This document shows, piece after piece, positions 30,230-40,058 of a stretch of DNA of 64,000 nt. Each line of letters starts with the position of its first letter. Positions within the stretch are counted from its first letter, which is position 1. Made by a program: the position numbers and the translations under genes. Origin of the DNA: a virus (lineage: Duplodnaviria > Caudoviricetes); IMG/VR virus record IMGVR_UViG_3300028888_000057; one strand, given 5' to 3'. Below the pieces are notes generated by a model, which saw nothing but the letters and a program-made list of their open reading frames with translations, was not told the DNA's origin and did no database searches.

Positions 30230-30345
30230 AGTAATTTAATAAACAGGCTGCTTATCCCGTACCGATGCAAAGAAGAAGAGCAGCCGCTTACCCGATGCTT
30301 ATACAGAATGATATTAGCTAACTGGGTATAGTGTCGGGTTTGTAT

Positions 30346-30420
30346 GGGGCATTAACGCAACGGTAGCGTATCTGCTTTGCAAGCAGAAGGTTGCAGGTTC
30401 AAGTCCTGTATGCTCCACCA
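30346..30420 (+). tRNA. tRNA-Ala(TGC)
   Basis: Cloverleaf, TCTGC-TTTGCAA-GCAGA, G3.U70 pair, CCA end. Confidence 0.9.
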
Positions 30421-30517
30421 CGACTGAGGGCGACGTTAGGGCGGTCGTAAAATAAAACTCTGAACAAGTCACTGTCAAAAGCCGGCAAATGTTTGACATA
30501 CTTGACGTCGTATCTAT

Positions 30518-30588
30518 CGAAGGTGTGGTGTAACGGTAACACGCGTCACCAGGAATGACGAGTCGCAGTTCGAATCTGACATCTTCGA
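30518..30588 (+). tRNA. Atypical or pseudo tRNA-Pro(AGG)
   Basis: Acceptor, D and anticodon stems intact; loop CCAGGAA has C33; T-stem imperfect; no CCA. Confidence 0.5.
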
Positions 30589-30721
30589 CGTGTCGCGACT
30601 GATGTGTGGAGTTTTGATTTCTTTCGGCCATACAGAGAATGACAATCCAATGAAAGAAATAGCGGCATGGTGACAGCCGGTTGAAAAAGAAGGGCTCGCT
30701 ACCCAGTCACCTTATCATTAT

Positions 30722-30808
30722 GGCTCGTTGGCGCAAATGGAAGATTCGCAAGTGATTTAAAATCACTCGGGGCATATCCCCATATCGGTTCGAGTCCGAT
30801 ACGAGCCA
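30722..30808 (+). tRNA. tRNA-Leu(TAA)
   Basis: AGTGA-TTTAAAA-TCACT, long variable arm, GTTCGAG T-loop. Confidence 0.85.
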
Positions 30809-30878
30809 CTGCTTCCTTTATGGAAGCCCAACACCTCCTTTCATCATAAGGCCGCATGTCAAAGTGCGGCCGACTTAT

Positions 30879-30972
30879 CTCAGCTTAGTGTAACGGAGAG
30901 CACGACGGTCAACTGCATGCCACAGTAAACACTGTGTGACTGGATGAGACAGTTCGAATCTGTCAGCTGGGA
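30879..30972 (+). ncRNA. tRNA-like RNA with an insertion in the anticodon loop
   Basis: Acceptor CTCAGCT/AGCTGGG, D arm and perfect T arm; the anticodon stem encloses about 25 nt including the hairpin CACAGT/ACTGTG. Confidence 0.6.
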
Positions 30973-31018
30973 CTTGCCCATTTTCTGAATAGTGGGCATT
31001 CATTAACTAACTCTCCTT

Positions 31019-31105
31019 GACGGTGTCTGTTTCTCAGCAAAGTCACATCGAAAGATGAAGCACTACTGGACTTAATCAGCCGTTCGATTCGGCTGGCCGT
31101 CACCA
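31019..31105 (+). ncRNA. tRNA-like RNA with acceptor stem, T arm and ACCA end but no D stem or canonical anticodon arm
   Basis: GACGGT/GCCGTC-ACCA; AGCCG-TTCGATT-CGGCT. Confidence 0.55.
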
Positions 31106-31106
31106 A

Positions 31107-31181
31107 TGGGGATTCGTATATTGGCTATTACGCTCGGCTTTGACCCGAGAAAGGGCGGATCGTAACCGTCATCCCCAGCCA
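31107..31181 (+). tRNA. tRNA-Gln(TTG)
   Basis: TGGGGAT/ATCCCCA-GCCA; CTCGG-CTTTGAC-CCGAG; variant T-loop. Confidence 0.85.
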
Positions 31182-31302
31182 TATTACGACAGGACTTCTT
31201 TAAACACGAATAAAAATAATATTTTTAATCCGTGCCTGTAAGAATCAAAAAAACACCCTGTCGTAAAAAAATCCACTCGGGGAAATCGACAAATCCGAGT
31301 GA

Positions 31303-31353
31303 GTTCGGTGTACGCTATATACTCAATTGAGAACCAGCCTTTCTCAGCCGGAC
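31303..31353 (+). ncRNA. Structured RNA motif with CCAGCC loop, copy 2
   Basis: Covaries with copy 1. Confidence 0.55.
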
Positions 31354-31444
31354 AATTTATATAATCGCTTCGTGGCCGCACAATCATTCTTATAGGCCGT
31401 CAGAATCAATTTGCTGCTGTCGCCCTTCGTGCGAAGCAGTTCTA

Positions 31445-32082
31445 CGCGTATTATATATATTAACCATATTAAGTATCTCTTAGTATACCTAAGGTATAAC
31501 GTTATTAGTAACATATACGTATCGTTACTTAGATTGTTTTATTATTATTTATTATTATAGGCTTATTTGGTTATATTTTCTTTTGGGAGAAAATATAACC
31601 AATAAGCCATTATATATATTATTAATATTACTATCCTTCTATAAAATCTACATAAAGCATTTAACTCTACGAAGCTATATTATTCTCTTAAAGAGATTAC
31701 TTACTTAAATTAAGAGAATCTTAAAGAGAATAAATAACGTAACAGTCTAATACAAGTAACGTATTTATAATCAAGTAATGAAGAATGAATGATATTCTCT
31801 TAATTAATAAATAAAAAACATTCTCTCTTAGAATAGTAATAATATACGTAACACTATATTCAATAAACTTATATCTTATTACTAACGGACTATAACTAAT
31901 TATTTAGATATATATGTCTTAGGATAATATAATGCAGTATTAAATAAGATTATAGACTTTATACTTTGCAAGTATAAAGGATATAAGATTATTTAATACG
32001 GTTATAGATATTTTTATTTCTTTATTATAATAATATATATAATAATATTAAAGAAAGAATATTATTCTTTTAGATAATAATA
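31445..32082. other. Extremely AT-rich non-coding tract 1
   Basis: No ORF in the track; very few G/C; low complexity. Confidence 0.85.
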
Positions 32083-32116
32083 CTAAGGCGGTCTCAGCCG
32101 CCGGAAAGGAGTATCA

Positions 32117-32467
32117 ATGACGGATCTTGAAAAACACCTGCTTGCTGACTTAACCTGCCAAGGAAAAGACTGTGATGACTGCTTCAGAGAATTCAACACC
32201 ACAAGATGCCCAGCCGTCAATAGAGTCCAGCTCGACAATGAAGGACTGAATAAAGACTCTATAATGTATAAATATGCAGAAGTATTAGACGGCTGCTTAG
32301 ACGTTAACGGCGCCTGCGGAAGTTGCAAAGCAATAGAACGAGTTGATGAATGTCCAAGACGCAAATACAGAGAGTTAGCACGGGCTGAATACGAACAATC
32401 CGGCTTTAATACTCTGTATATCAATCTTATAAACGATAACGACCTATATGACATTCTAGGAGAATAA
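32117..32467 (+). CDS. Cys-rich small protein (paralogue family A)
   Basis: C..C..C / CP pattern occurs twice; AAAGGAG RBS. Confidence 0.75.
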   Translation: MTDLEKHLLADLTCQGKDCDDCFREFNTTRCPAVNRVQLDNEGLNKDSIMYKYAEVLDGCLDVNGACGSCKAIERVDECPRRKYRELARAEYEQSGFNTLYINLINDNDLYDILGE

Positions 32468-32469
32468 CA

Positions 32470-32841
32470 ATGACTGATATATTTTATAACCTCGCTGATG
32501 CTATGTCCGGCTGTAATACACGTCTCTGTGATGACTGCTATAAGCATTTTGGTTTAGATCACGTGTGTCCAACAGACAAGTATTATGAAAAAGCAAAAAG
32601 AGAATATACAAACAGAACTAATGACTGGATTGAATTTAAGGATAATTATCCAGTTGCGGCTATGTACTTGCACGGTAAATTCTATTGCACTGGCCATACC
32701 TGTGTGATTTGTAGACGACTGGCCGGTATAGATAACTTAGGACCATGTCCTGGCATGCTAGAAAAAGAAACTCAGCAAGAATTAAAGATTAAAACTTATA
32801 ATATATCAGTGACTGACTTAGAGAATATCCTAGGAGAATAA
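32470..32841 (+). CDS. Cys-rich small protein (family A)
   Basis: Close paralogue of the ORF at 32844. Confidence 0.8.
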   Translation: MTDIFYNLADAMSGCNTRLCDDCYKHFGLDHVCPTDKYYEKAKREYTNRTNDWIEFKDNYPVAAMYLHGKFYCTGHTCVICRRLAGIDNLGPCPGMLEKETQQELKIKTYNISVTDLENILGE

Positions 32842-32843
32842 AA

Positions 32844-33206
32844 ATGATTGATATTTTATATAATTTCGCTGATGCATGTTCCGGCTGTGGTAGCCGCACA
32901 TGTCGCGACTGTTACAAGTATTTTCATACGAATGACGTATGTCCTATTGACAGTTATTATCATAAAGCAAAGAAAGAATATGAAAATCAGACAAGTAACT
33001 GGTATGAGTTCAAGAGAGAGTATCCAATCTCGGCTGCTTATGTACATGGCAAGCTTTACTGCACCGGCCATGACTGTACGAGCTGTAAAGCCTTGATTGG
33101 GACAGAATCTTGTCCGGCTGATATGGCTGCGGAAACACAGGAAGAATTAAAGATCATAGGTTATAAGATATCAGTGACTGATTTGGAGGAGATACTGTGC
33201 CAGTAA
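32844..33206 (+). CDS. Cys-rich small protein (family A)
   Basis: Close paralogue of the ORF at 32470. Confidence 0.8.
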   Translation: MIDILYNFADACSGCGSRTCRDCYKYFHTNDVCPIDSYYHKAKKEYENQTSNWYEFKREYPISAAYVHGKLYCTGHDCTSCKALIGTESCPADMAAETQEELKIIGYKISVTDLEEILCQ

Positions 33207-33430
33207 ATTTGAAGTTTCCAAATATAGATATGCCGGTCAAGCTTACTTATCCGGATAATATTTATTTTGCTCCTCAGCTTGGTAACACTGTTCATGTGAT
33301 TGATTCGGCTAGAAACCTTCTGGGTGATTATGTCGTGGCTGAGTTATCGAATGGCGGCTATACTCTACGGAAGGTCAGTGACTGCAAGGTGGATGAAAAA
33401 GAAATTTTAGAGATTCTGCAGGAGAATTAA
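33197..33430 (+). CDS. Small hypothetical protein
   Basis: Overlapping start; shared acidic C-terminal tail. Confidence 0.65.
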   Translation: MPVNLKFPNIDMPVKLTYPDNIYFAPQLGNTVHVIDSARNLLGDYVVAELSNGGYTLRKVSDCKVDEKEILEILQEN

Positions 33431-33960
33431 TATCTATATAATATATATTATTATAATAATAAGAAATAATATTATTAATAATCTATAATAATAAATAATC
33501 TGAATAAATATAATTAAATAAATTAAGATTATTATTCTTATTAATGAATATTATTACTCTTATAGATTATACATTATTTAGATATTACTCTCTTAAGATA
33601 ATTATATTCCTTTAAATTAATTATATTATCTTTAAGATGTATCTCTTTAAGATTATTAATATCTCTTAGAGATTATACTTTCTTTAGAGATTATTATCTT
33701 AAGGATAAATGAATCCTTTATAGGGATTATTCTTATTTAGAGATAGATACTATTAGAAGAGAATAATTCTTTAGATTAAAACTACACATCTTTTTACTAA
33801 TTCTTAATATATTTTTACTACACACATATTCTTTAGATATTATACACATTACTATTTATATTAATAATACTAACCATATTAATAACAATATCTCTAAAAG
33901 ATAATATAATCCTTTATTAATATAATATAAAGAATAATATTTATAATATAAAGATAAATA
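33431..33960. other. Extremely AT-rich non-coding tract 2
   Basis: Repeated AGATTAT-like words; very few G/C. Confidence 0.85.
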
Positions 33961-34008
33961 CTACACTTTGATAACTGGCGGGGAGAGAACTGGCCGGGGA
34001 GAATTGAA

Positions 34009-34362
34009 ATGATTAAACAGTACGCCGAGAATATGATTGAAAATTGCGAAGGATGCTCTAAATGTAAGTATAAAGGCAATTGTTTTGTTAGAGCAAATAG
34101 AGAACAGGTAGCAAAAGAAGTAAAAGAGAATTCTGAAGAATGGCAGGAATTCCTTGAAGAAATGCCGGCCGTGGCTATATACGCTGGATCACACGCTATT
34201 TGCAATTGGTTCAGCTGTGAACAGTGCAAAAGCTTCTTCAAATGGGACAAAATTCGTGGGTTTCCTTGCGACAAAACCACTGAAGTAATTGAACAATGGG
34301 ATAATAACAAGGTAAAAATTGATTCTGAAGAACTCTTGGATCTTTTAGGAGACAAAATATGA
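34009..34362 (+). CDS. Cys-rich small protein (family A)
   Basis: W.EF....P..A.Y.G...C...C..C shared with 32470 and 32844. Confidence 0.75.
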   Translation: MIKQYAENMIENCEGCSKCKYKGNCFVRANREQVAKEVKENSEEWQEFLEEMPAVAIYAGSHAICNWFSCEQCKSFFKWDKIRGFPCDKTTEVIEQWDNNKVKIDSEELLDLLGDKI

Positions 34363-34628
34363 ATATAGGCGATAAGGTATTAGTGACTGGCCCGGAAGGT
34401 TGGACAGGCGAAAGACAAGAGTATTACATTAACAACAACGAGTACACAGTGGCTCCTAGTATGTATCAATATAAAGGCAAAGAAACAACAATCTGTGCAA
34501 AGTATCATCGTAAACCTGACACTTGGCTACTTCATGGCATACCGGGTTTTTATTGGCACGAATCATGGTTGCAGCCGGTAGAAACAATTCAACTGTCAGA
34601 TGAAATCTTCGATATTCTGGAGGAGTAA
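34359..34628 (+). CDS. Small SH3/KOW-like protein (family B)
   Basis: IGDKV.V.GPEGW...YWHESWL.PV. Confidence 0.7.
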   Translation: MNIGDKVLVTGPEGWTGERQEYYINNNEYTVAPSMYQYKGKETTICAKYHRKPDTWLLHGIPGFYWHESWLQPVETIQLSDEIFDILEE

Positions 34629-34629
34629 T

Positions 34630-34896
34630 ATGCTTGAGAAAGGAACTCCGGTTGTGATTGTCGGCCCTGAGGGTTGGGACGGGCAAGACCGTGATTATGA
34701 AATCAATGGTGAAATATATCACATCAACAATATCATGAAAGATTATCTTGGTCAGAAAACACGTATTCTTGCTGGAAATGATCAGCTGGATGATTGGTAT
34801 AGCGTTGAGTCTAATTACTGGTGGTGGCATGAAAATTGGTTAAAGTACGATAAGATAAATATCGATGATAATGAGTTAGAAGAGATGCTCTTGTGA
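34630..34896 (+). CDS. Small SH3/KOW-like protein (family B)
   Basis: GPEGWDG...WWHENWL. Confidence 0.7.
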   Translation: MLEKGTPVVIVGPEGWDGQDRDYEINGEIYHINNIMKDYLGQKTRILAGNDQLDDWYSVESNYWWWHENWLKYDKINIDDNELEEMLL

Positions 34897-35534
34897 AAAC
34901 TTTGTATTCTGTCTGGAATAACACACCGGATAACGATTCAATCATTGCGGCCGGATTAACAGTTGATGAATGTGCTAAACTTCTTGGAATCAAAAAGAAT
35001 ACTGTCTACGAACAAGTCAGCCGAAGAAAACATGGTAAGAATTGCAGTATTTTGATTATTTCAGAAATGGTAAAGGATGATGAGGAGGAGGATAACATGG
35101 TAGTAATTAAACCCGGAAATATTCTTGATGCTAAAGAGAACCTGATCTTTCAGCAGGTTAATTGCCAGAATGTAATGGGCTCAGGTTTGGCTAAGGCCAT
35201 CTATACCAAATGGCCTGTTGTGAAAGAAAAGTATCATAAATTTTGTGACGGAAAGAAACCTGAGGATCTTCTTGGACACTTTCAGACTGTACAGGTGACT
35301 GATAATCAGTATGTCGTTAATATCTTTGGTCAGCTGAGCTATGGCCGTGAAAGGATTCATTATACCGACTATAATGCTTTAGACAAAGCTTTTAAAGCAA
35401 TCTCCAGAACAAGAGGATCAATTGCTGTCCCATATGGTATGGGAGCAGGATTGGCTAATGGAGACTGGAGCACCGTCCTTCTTTTGATTAAGAAACATTT
35501 CTATGATCATAATGTGACAATTTATAAATTGTAA
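34893..35534 (+). CDS. Macro-domain (ADP-ribose hydrolase-like) protein with N-terminal HTH; strong internal start at 35097
   Basis: GNILD..IFQQVNC..MGSGLAKAI..P.GMGAGLANGDW. Confidence 0.85.
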   Translation: MKTLYSVWNNTPDNDSIIAAGLTVDECAKLLGIKKNTVYEQVSRRKHGKNCSILIISEMVKDDEEEDNMVVIKPGNILDAKENLIFQQVNCQNVMGSGLAKAIYTKWPVVKEKYHKFCDGKKPEDLLGHFQTVQVTDNQYVVNIFGQLSYGRERIHYTDYNALDKAFKAISRTRGSIAVPYGMGAGLANGDWSTVLLLIKKHFYDHNVTIYKL

Positions 35535-35574
35535 TGTTTTAGAGCGGATTGGATTTTTGATCCGAACCGCATAA

Positions 35575-35661
35575 GCGAGGGTGGCAGAGTTGGCTGATCG
35601 CTCCGGTCTTGAAAACCGGTGAGCCTACTGGGCTCCGAGGGTTCGAATCCCTCCTCTCGCG
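35575..35661 (+). tRNA. tRNA-Ser(TGA)
   Basis: CCGGT-CTTGAAA-ACCGG, long variable arm, GTTCGAATCC. Confidence 0.9.
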
Positions 35662-35668
35662 CTATTAT

Positions 35669-35745
35669 GCACCCTTAGCTAAGTTGGTCGTAGCTGCGGC
35701 CTTGTAAGCCGTGTAATCAGCTGGGTTCGAGTCCCAGAGGGTGTA
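35669..35745 (+). tRNA. tRNA-Thr(TGT)
   Basis: GCGGC-CTTGTAA-GCCGT; acceptor GCACCCT/AGGGTGT. Confidence 0.8.
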
Positions 35746-35831
35746 CAAACCGTCACATCCTTGCGGTATATAAATTTGGGTGTCGGCAAGCAGGGCCAAA
35801 CTGCTGCAGGTGTGGTAGTCAGGCACATCGA

Positions 35832-35930
35832 AATACGAGTGCTGGAATAGGTAACAGTACGAAGGTCGGTAAGATTCCGCAAGAGTTAGAGGGGCGGAAT
35901 AATGTGAGGTGCAAATCCTCACCTCGTATT
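35832..35930 (+). ncRNA. tRNA-like RNA with TGCAAAT T-loop, copy 1
   Basis: Terminal stem, D-arm-like AATAGGTA, T arm GTGAGG-TGCAAAT-CCTCAC identical to the copy at 47475. Confidence 0.55.
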
Positions 35931-35934
35931 TTAT

Positions 35935-36008
35935 GGGAAATTAACTCAGTTGGTAGAGCCACTGTCTTGCAAGTAGGATATCTGCGGTTCGAGTCCCAAA
36001 GGGTATAC
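35935..36008 (+). pseudogene. Degenerate or chimeric tRNA (TGC loop; 3' end resembles the neighbouring tRNA-Thr)
   Basis: D arm CTCAGTTGGTAGAG and GGTTCGAGTCC are present but the acceptor stem does not pair. Confidence 0.5.
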
Positions 36009-36071
36009 TACAAAAAAAGAACAATTCGATAACATAACACAATCGTAAAAGTTGATTGAGGAGTAGAAAAA

Positions 36072-36539
36072 ATGATTGTCAAGAAAAGAATTATTGCTAC
36101 AGAAGATATAGTAGTTCCGTTCTATGGGATTAGATTATTATCAGAACAAGAATATAAAACATACAGTCGTAAAATCAACGAGATTGATTATTGGTGGTGG
36201 CTAAGTTCTCCTGACTCAAACAAGATATTTGCTGCGTGTGTGTGGATCGATGGTCACAACAGCTACATGTGTGTAAACAGAAAAAATGGTGCTGTTCGTC
36301 CTGTTTTAATCGGAAGATTTTGTAAGCTTAAACAGGGAGATGAGTTCGAACTTGCAGGCTACACATGGACAGTGTTGAATGATGAATTGGCACTTTGCAA
36401 TGACGTTATAGGCTATACATGCTTCAGAAAAGATTTAGTTGCGGATGACGCTAATGAATATGATGCATCTGATGTGAAAAAGTGGCTATATGACTGGGCA
36501 GAACAAAATGGAATCGGATTTACTCTAAGTGCTGTATAA
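36072..36539 (+). CDS. Hypothetical protein (DUF6273-like WWL.SP / GAVRP motif)
   Basis: LLSEQEY..YWWWLSSP..GAVRPV. Confidence 0.6.
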   Translation: MIVKKRIIATEDIVVPFYGIRLLSEQEYKTYSRKINEIDYWWWLSSPDSNKIFAACVWIDGHNSYMCVNRKNGAVRPVLIGRFCKLKQGDEFELAGYTWTVLNDELALCNDVIGYTCFRKDLVADDANEYDASDVKKWLYDWAEQNGIGFTLSAV

Positions 36540-36560
36540 AATAGATGAAGGAGAAGAAGA

Positions 36561-37166
36561 ATGAGCTGGTGGACATACGTTAAAGGTGTCGTCGAGGTTG
36601 AAGTTCCTGGTCGAACTCAGGCAGAAATTCGATACGTACTTGAATCGGTTCTTGATCATCTTCCCCGTGTTACCGGCTCGGAAGGTGATATGAACGTATA
36701 TATATCACAAAGAGCCGGGCATAACTGCTCAAGCTCCTGCGATGAATTCGGACTCAAAACCAATAACCTCAAAGATTATGATGGTTTCAAAACCAGAAAA
36801 CACGGCTGGCTTGAAACACAGAGCAGATATATGTTAACCGTTGACGGTGCTCTTCGGGATAGAGAATTTGAAGAAACAAAACGTGAATTTATGAAATGGA
36901 TCTGTAGACTGGCGAAGCGGCTGAACATCTATTCCCTTGTAGTTAAGATTAGCGATTACAGTAAGTCAATGATCATTTCTAAGGTGGCACCTTTTGACCA
37001 AATGTTCGAATGGAAAGACGGTGAAAAGAGATGGACTTCTTACCTACTCTGGGAAAGAGATCCGCAAAGTTACTGGCCGCTTGAACTTGCAAACAAGTAT
37101 TTTGATGAAGAATACATTGATAAAGAACTGGAACGCAGAAATAAGTGGCATGAAAGTTTTGATTGA
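36561..37166 (+). CDS. Hypothetical phage protein
   Basis: 201-aa ORF with AAGGAG RBS. Confidence 0.7.
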   Translation: MSWWTYVKGVVEVEVPGRTQAEIRYVLESVLDHLPRVTGSEGDMNVYISQRAGHNCSSSCDEFGLKTNNLKDYDGFKTRKHGWLETQSRYMLTVDGALRDREFEETKREFMKWICRLAKRLNIYSLVVKISDYSKSMIISKVAPFDQMFEWKDGEKRWTSYLLWERDPQSYWPLELANKYFDEEYIDKELERRNKWHESFD

Positions 37167-37169
37167 AGT

Positions 37170-38890
37170 TTGAGGAAACATAATATGGCTAAATTTGTAG
37201 TTCCGTCCAGAAAGGACACAATAGTTTGCTGTCATAGATGTAAAACGTTATATGTTCCAGAAAAGATGGATTTTCCAGGAAGTTCATTTTTTGAAGAATG
37301 CCCATTGTGTCATTCCAGTAGTAATGATTGGAGTGATACGATTCCATTATGGAAGTATAATTTGATTAAACTGTTCAGAGTGGGCCCAAAAGAAATGCTG
37401 AAATAAAAGAAAGGTTTCTATGACTATTAAAGAGTTGGTATATGACTATTTCTTCCCGGAAGGCAATATAAAATCCAGAAAAAGAGATATTCTTTTTAAG
37501 CTGGCTAAGCGCGGTACTGATATATCGAAAAAAGAAAATGTCGAATTATTGTATCGTGGCTGTATCGTGCAACCAGATTATTTATATAACAAACAAGTGG
37601 TTAAATTCTGGATTGAGACACAATCTCGTACAAACGATTATATCATCTGGGTGCTATATGATGAATAATGCAACGCACTAAGGAGTTGATTCCTAATGAA
37701 CAATCTAACACTAAAAGAAATATATAGACTTGCAGAATCAAATCTTACAGATACATATAATTATCAGAGAAAACGAGTTCGTGAAATGAAAAGAAAAGCA
37801 AATGCGGATATCGAACGCGCAAGACAATGGAATATTCTGGCTTCTAGATTTGATGAGTTATCAAAAGAAACTTTTGATAAAATAATGCAGTTAATAGAAT
37901 TACAAAAAGAATAATTTTTTTTAGAGTGGGACCAAAAGAAATGTTGAAATGAGGTGAAGTGGTAATGAGTGAAGCTCCTACACAAAAACAAGAAGAATAC
38001 GCTAAATATTTAGCTCAGCGGGTGTGTAAAGACCTTCCGAAAGAATATACAAAAACTGCTTATTCCGATTTTATCAGTCGTTGGAAACCTGTTGTTAAAG
38101 CTGAAGATGATGCTATGAATGAACCGAGTGCATGGCAATTGCAATATTATTAAAAGGCCGGTAAAGTGGAAATAAACTACAACTGTAAAAAATTAGGAGG
38201 ACAATATGAGTATCCGGTGGTATCTGGAAGATAAATCATGGTCGTATGAAATGGATCTCGCATATCCATTACGTCCATATAGGCTATACGACCCCAACGG
38301 AAAACTTCATAAAGAATTTGGGAGCTTAGATGATTTGAATCATTATGTGAAAATCATAAAAGAAGTAACTCCTGTGATCGAGAAAAACATTAAAAATAAG
38401 GTGAAAAAATGAGATTATACGGAGCTAAAGTTTCTCAAGATTATATTCAACTTCCTAAAGGGCGGAAAAGACTGAAGCGCAGGTATCCGGCGAGCATTGT
38501 CTATCCATATTCGTGCCATAGGAGAAAATAAAAATGTTTATTGATCAGTTTACACCGGAACAGATTGAACTAATTAAGAAAGAATTACAAGAAAAACAAA
38601 AGAGTCAGAAACAGGCCGTCCTTGGACTTGACGAAGAGTTGCGGAAGATGTTTCCAATTGATTATCAGAAAGCTTCAGAAGAAGAAAAAGAATTATGGCT
38701 CAATCGCAGAAGTCTCGATAAACTTTTGTATGAAATTATTGATTTGACACTTCAAAATAATTTGACATATCAACGTGCATATCGAGGAATAAAACTTCGG
38801 AGAGGTTCTCAAATTGATCCTGAGTTGAAAGAGGAATACATAGAGATGGCAAATGAGTTGATGACAATCATCAACAAACATAAGAAATAA
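37170..38890 (+). CDS. Run of six small hypothetical ORFs (37170-37406, 37420-37668, 37696-37914, 37959-38153, 38206-38412, 38534-38890)
   Basis: Closely packed same-strand ORFs with RBSs; no family recognised. Confidence 0.6.
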
Positions 38891-38899
38891 GGAGCTATT

Positions 38900-39256
38900 A
38901 TGGGCTGGATCGTAGATCGTAATCCAACAGTTAAAGGACAATACTTGTGTACTGTTTATGAAGAAGATGAATATTATATTTGTATATGTAATTGGAATGA
39001 TAAGTGGACTTGCGCATGTGATGATGTAAATGTCATTGCTTGGCAAGCACTTCCCGAAACCTATAAAGTAACCAATAAGAAGTATATAGAAAACACAATC
39101 GATAAACTTGAAAGAGATCTAAAGAACGTCAAAAAGATTATTAGAGAAACTGATAAAAAGGGCTTACTTGATACGATTAACAAAATTGTAATTAATGCCC
39201 ATATTGATTTAAGTACATGTACAAATTTTAGCGGAGTCAAACTCTCCAAGGAGTGA
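38900..39256 (+). CDS. DUF551-like protein
   Basis: MGWI..P..G.YL ... V.AWQ.LPE.Y. Confidence 0.6.
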   Translation: MGWIVDRNPTVKGQYLCTVYEEDEYYICICNWNDKWTCACDDVNVIAWQALPETYKVTNKKYIENTIDKLERDLKNVKKIIRETDKKGLLDTINKIVINAHIDLSTCTNFSGVKLSKE

Positions 39257-39576
39257 ACATGATTGAAGAGTATTTGAAACAACTTTATTTCTGTCATGGT
39301 CACCATTGCGACGAATGTCGAAAGCATTCCGGAGCAAATCATTGTCTTGTTTCAAGAGATTTTGATTGTCCACACGAAGCTCCGGCGTGGTTAAAAGATA
39401 TTACCAATATAAATAAAACATGCAAAATAATTCCCGAATCAGCCAATTGTAAAACATGTAAACACTATACAACATGTCCTGTGATAACCCATAAACAGTT
39501 AGCATTAGATTATGCATATAATCGAAATCAGCCTGTTGTGGACGATAGTTTGTTACTTGAAATATTAACAAAATAA
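39253..39576 (+). CDS. Cys-rich small protein (family A-like)
   Basis: C.GH.C..C motif; acidic C-terminal tail. Confidence 0.65.
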   Translation: MNMIEEYLKQLYFCHGHHCDECRKHSGANHCLVSRDFDCPHEAPAWLKDITNINKTCKIIPESANCKTCKHYTTCPVITHKQLALDYAYNRNQPVVDDSLLLEILTK

Positions 39577-39587
39577 GGAGTGATTAT

Positions 39588-40037
39588 ATGGATCAGGAAG
39601 CCAAAGCTGATAATGGTAAAGCACGACTGACATTGGTTCCGAGAAAGATTCTTTATGACGTTGCAAGAATCAGAGAGTTCGGAACAAAGAAGTATAAAGA
39701 TCCTGATAACTGGAAAAAAGTAGAAGCTTGGAGATATAAGGACGCGCTGATGCGTCATCTCTGTGCCTATCTTGATGATCCGAAGAGTGTCGATGAAGAG
39801 AGCGGCTTGCCTCATTTGTGGCATGCGGCTTGTAATATGGCTTTCCTTTGTGAGATGGAAGACTGGGAAGAAAAGAAAGAAGAAGTTGTTGAAAAACCGA
39901 AGTGTAAAGATTGCAAGTATTGTTGCGAAGTGAATAGAGGAAATAAAGTTTATATTTGTAAAGAAGTAAGTAAATTTGGCAAGACAATCTTCAATATTGA
40001 AGCGCCGATTTGCGAAAAAGGAACAAGAAAAGAATAA
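39588..40037 (+). CDS. dATP/dGTP diphosphohydrolase-like protein (DUF5664) with C-terminal Zn finger
   Basis: KADNGK..L.LVP, FG.KKY..NW, ALMRH, DEESGLPHL.HAACN..FL. Confidence 0.8.
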   Translation: MDQEAKADNGKARLTLVPRKILYDVARIREFGTKKYKDPDNWKKVEAWRYKDALMRHLCAYLDDPKSVDEESGLPHLWHAACNMAFLCEMEDWEEKKEEVVEKPKCKDCKYCCEVNRGNKVYICKEVSKFGKTIFNIEAPICEKGTRKE

Positions 40038-40058
40038 GCCGGAAAGGAGGGAAAAATA

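Noticed and set aside
31019-31105. Full tmRNA gene
   Set aside because: Only 87 nt, with no tag reading frame or pseudoknot region; kept as a tRNA-like RNA.
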